Both the position numbers and the translations under genes were made by a program. From a virus (taxonomy: Duplodnaviria; Heunggongvirae; Uroviricota; Caudoviricetes): 28,490 bases of DNA. This document shows, in pieces, positions 26,926 through 28,490 of this stretch. The stretch is taken from the IMG/VR virus record IMGVR_UViG_2585427739_000003. One strand, 5' to 3'. The notes under the pieces are model-generated. The model was not told the DNA's origin. It worked only from the letters and a program-made list of their open reading frames with translations, and made no database searches. Position 1 is the stretch's first letter, and the number at the start of each line of letters is the position of its first letter.

Positions 26926-26970
26926 TTTTACAACATCGCATTGACTTGAAGGGTAACTCTTGTTACCTTA
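26926..26970 (+). promoter_or_regulatory. Left operator / early-left promoter region
   Basis: Third copy of the operator palindrome, GTAACTCTTGTTAC (about 26953-26966), overlapping a TTGACT -35-like hexamer, upstream of the plus-strand early genes. Confidence 0.5.
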
Positions 26971-27150
26971 ACAGCATACCAACCCACCCCGCCCCACAGA
27001 ATGCAGGGCAATACTTCGAGTTACCAGGCAGTGGTCAGGGGTTAAGTAGCCAGCCCGAGGCGTAAGAACATGACGGCAGGGTTCAACTTTAATAACTATG
27101 CAGCAGGTTTTTGTTCCGCTACCCCGGCGTTAAGGGGAAATGAGGTCAGC

Positions 27151-27306
27151 ATGGATACTATCGATCTTGGCAACAGCGAATCTCTGGTATGTGGCGTGTT
27201 CCCCAACCAGGACGGTACGTTCACCGCGATGACGTATACCAAAAGCAAAACGTTTAAAACCGAAAATGGTGCCCGTCGCTGGCTGGAAAGAAACTCAGGT
27301 GAGTGA
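27151..27306 (+). CDS. ydfA: YdfA-like small protein, 51 aa
   Basis: Internal ATG with GAGG ribosome-binding site gives MDTIDLGNSESLVCGVFPNQDGTFTAMTYTKSKTFKTENGARRWLERNSGE, first gene of a dicB-type operon. Confidence 0.6.
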   Translation: MDTIDLGNSESLVCGVFPNQDGTFTAMTYTKSKTFKTENGARRWLERNSGE

Positions 27307-27307
27307 T

Positions 27308-27436
27308 ATGGATTTCGACACAATCATGGAAAAGGCTTACGAAGAATACTTCGAAGGTCTTGCCGACGGCGAAGAAGCTCTCAGCTTCAACGAATTTAAA
27401 CAGGCGCTTTCCAGTTCGGCAAAATCTAACGGCTGA
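27308..27436 (+). CDS. ydfB: YdfB-like small acidic protein, 42 aa
   Basis: Hand-translated MDFDTIMEKAYEEYFEGLADGEEALSFNEFKQALSSSAKSNG. Not in the ORF track. Confidence 0.5.
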   Translation: MDFDTIMEKAYEEYFEGLADGEEALSFNEFKQALSSSAKSNG

Positions 27437-27465
27437 TAAGCGAAACAGCACCGCGAGGAATCAGT

Positions 27466-27684
27466 ATGCAGAAACGAGAACCCGTCATCATCGCGCCAGG
27501 CTATACCGATGATGAACTTTATGAGTGGATGCGCCAGAAAATTAATGCAGCGCAGGATCTGAAATGGGCTAATGAAGCCAGGGCTAAGCAGGCTGAAAAT
27601 CTGTCCGCTCTGGAGCAGGATATCACCAATCTGGAAAAAGCAGCGGCATTAAGCATTGCCAGAATGATTACATACCCGCGTTAA
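27466..27684 (+). CDS. ydfC: YdfC-like protein, 72 aa
   Basis: ORF with GAGGA ribosome-binding site; size and position match ydfC of the Qin dicB operon. Confidence 0.6.
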   Translation: MQKREPVIIAPGYTDDELYEWMRQKINAAQDLKWANEARAKQAENLSALEQDITNLEKAAALSIARMITYPR

Positions 27685-28024
27685 TAGATAACCAACGAAG
27701 CTAAGGTTGGTAATTAAGGAGTTCTCCACGGGTGAGGTGGAGTGCGTGCGCCGGACACGGGTGAGCATCCGGCACTGACAGTTTACTGAAAGGATATTTC
27801 CCTGAAAAGTCAGACCATAACGCGAAAGCGCACGGCGAGGTAGCTGGTTCATAGATAGCCTGTCGTTAAATTTTCGTCGACCGTGCGCTTCCGGTTGTGG
27901 CAACCCGCGAAATGGCGCGGCGGTAAGTATGGCGGGGGTATTCCTTCCCCGTTGAGGACACCGGGTTGTCAGGTTGACCATACGCTTAAGTGACAACCCC
28001 GCTGCAACGCCCTCTGTTATCAAT

Positions 28025-28082
28025 TTTCTGGTGACGTTTGGCGGTATCAGTTTTACTCCGTGACTGCTCTGCCGCCGTTTTT
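28025..28082 (+). ncRNA. dicF: DicF-like small RNA (division-inhibiting antisense sRNA)
   Basis: TTTCTGGTGACGTTTGGCGGTATCAGTTTTACTCCGTGACTGCTCTGCCGCCGTTTTT matches the DicF sequence as I recall it, ends in a hairpin plus T-run, and lies just upstream of dicB after a 340-bp non-coding leader. Confidence 0.7.
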
Positions 28083-28251
28083 AAAGTGAATTTTGTGATG
28101 CGGTGAATGCGGCTAAGCGCACGCGGAACAGTTAAAACCAAAAACAGTGTTATGGGTGGATTCTCTGTATCCGGCGTTAATTGTTAACTGGTTAACGTCA
28201 CCTGGAGGCACCAGGCACTGCATCACAAAATTCATTGTTGAGGACGCGATA

Positions 28252-28440
28252 ATGAAAACGTTATTACCAAACGTTAATACGTCTGAAGGTTGTTTTGAAA
28301 TTGGTGTCACTATCAGTAACCCTGTATTTACTGAAGATGCCATTAACAAGAGAAAACAAGAACGGGAGCTATTAAATAAAATATGCATTGTTTCAATGCT
28401 GGCTCGTTTACGTCTGATGCCAAAAGGATGTGCACAATGA
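28252..28440 (+). CDS. dicB: DicB cell-division inhibitor, 62 aa
   Basis: MKTLLPNVNTSEGCFEIGVTISNPVFTEDAINKRKQERELLNKICIVSMLARLRLMPKGCAQ, recognised as DicB; internal start within ORF track entry 28147..28440. Confidence 0.85.
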   Translation: MKTLLPNVNTSEGCFEIGVTISNPVFTEDAINKRKQERELLNKICIVSMLARLRLMPKGCAQ

Positions 28441-28490
28441 ATTCAGCATTTGCGCTTGTTCTGACAGTTTTTCTTGTTTCCGGAGAGCCA
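28437..28490 (+). CDS. ydfD: YdfD-like protein, N-terminal fragment cut by the window end
   Basis: ATG overlaps the dicB stop (ATGA); translation begins MNSAFALVLTVFLVSGEP... Confidence 0.55.
   Translation, partial: MNSAFALVLTVFLVSGEP

Noticed and set aside
26926-27150. A lambda N-like antiterminator or rexAB-like exclusion genes between the repressor and the early-left genes
   Set aside because: No ORF of suitable size exists here; the repressor terminator is followed directly by the operator/promoter and the ydfA-like gene.
27649-28023. 124-aa minus-strand ORF
   Set aside because: It lies in the untranslated leader upstream of DicF within a plus-strand operon and would be transcribed against it; no ribosome-binding site.

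Overview
This window is a near-complete lambdoid prophage of the Escherichia/Shigella type, read mostly on the minus strand. From high to low coordinates it runs: an early-left dicB-type operon on the plus strand (ydfA/B/C-like, DicF sRNA, dicB, start of ydfD); a divergent CI/Cro immunity switch with palindromic operators; a replication module whose O-like initiator gene contains iterons; a hok-type type I toxin locus; a nin-like region (DUF968/HNH-like protein, rusA); a lambda-type Q antiterminator with a candidate pR'/tR'; two phage tRNAs (Ile-CAU, Arg-UCU); an AT-rich cargo slot; a phage-21-like lysis cassette (pinholin, SAR endolysin, Rz/Rz1, bor on the opposite strand); HNH endonuclease, terminase, HK97-type portal/protease/capsid, head-tail joining genes, a lambda-like tail (V-like tube, G/GT frameshift chaperone, tape measure, M, L, K). 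Tail gene K is truncated by an IS2 element that runs off the window start, and the CI repressor has Ala in place of the catalytic Ser of its LexA-like domain, so the prophage looks defective or not directly SOS-inducible. I found no CRISPR array, no stx genes, and no system I can confidently call undescribed; the best candidates for novelty are the AT-rich cargo ORFs and several unassigned early genes. Nothing was searched against a database. Protein and RNA identities rest on family resemblance recalled from memory, and coordinates I derived by hand for features absent from the ORF track may be off by 1-2 nt.
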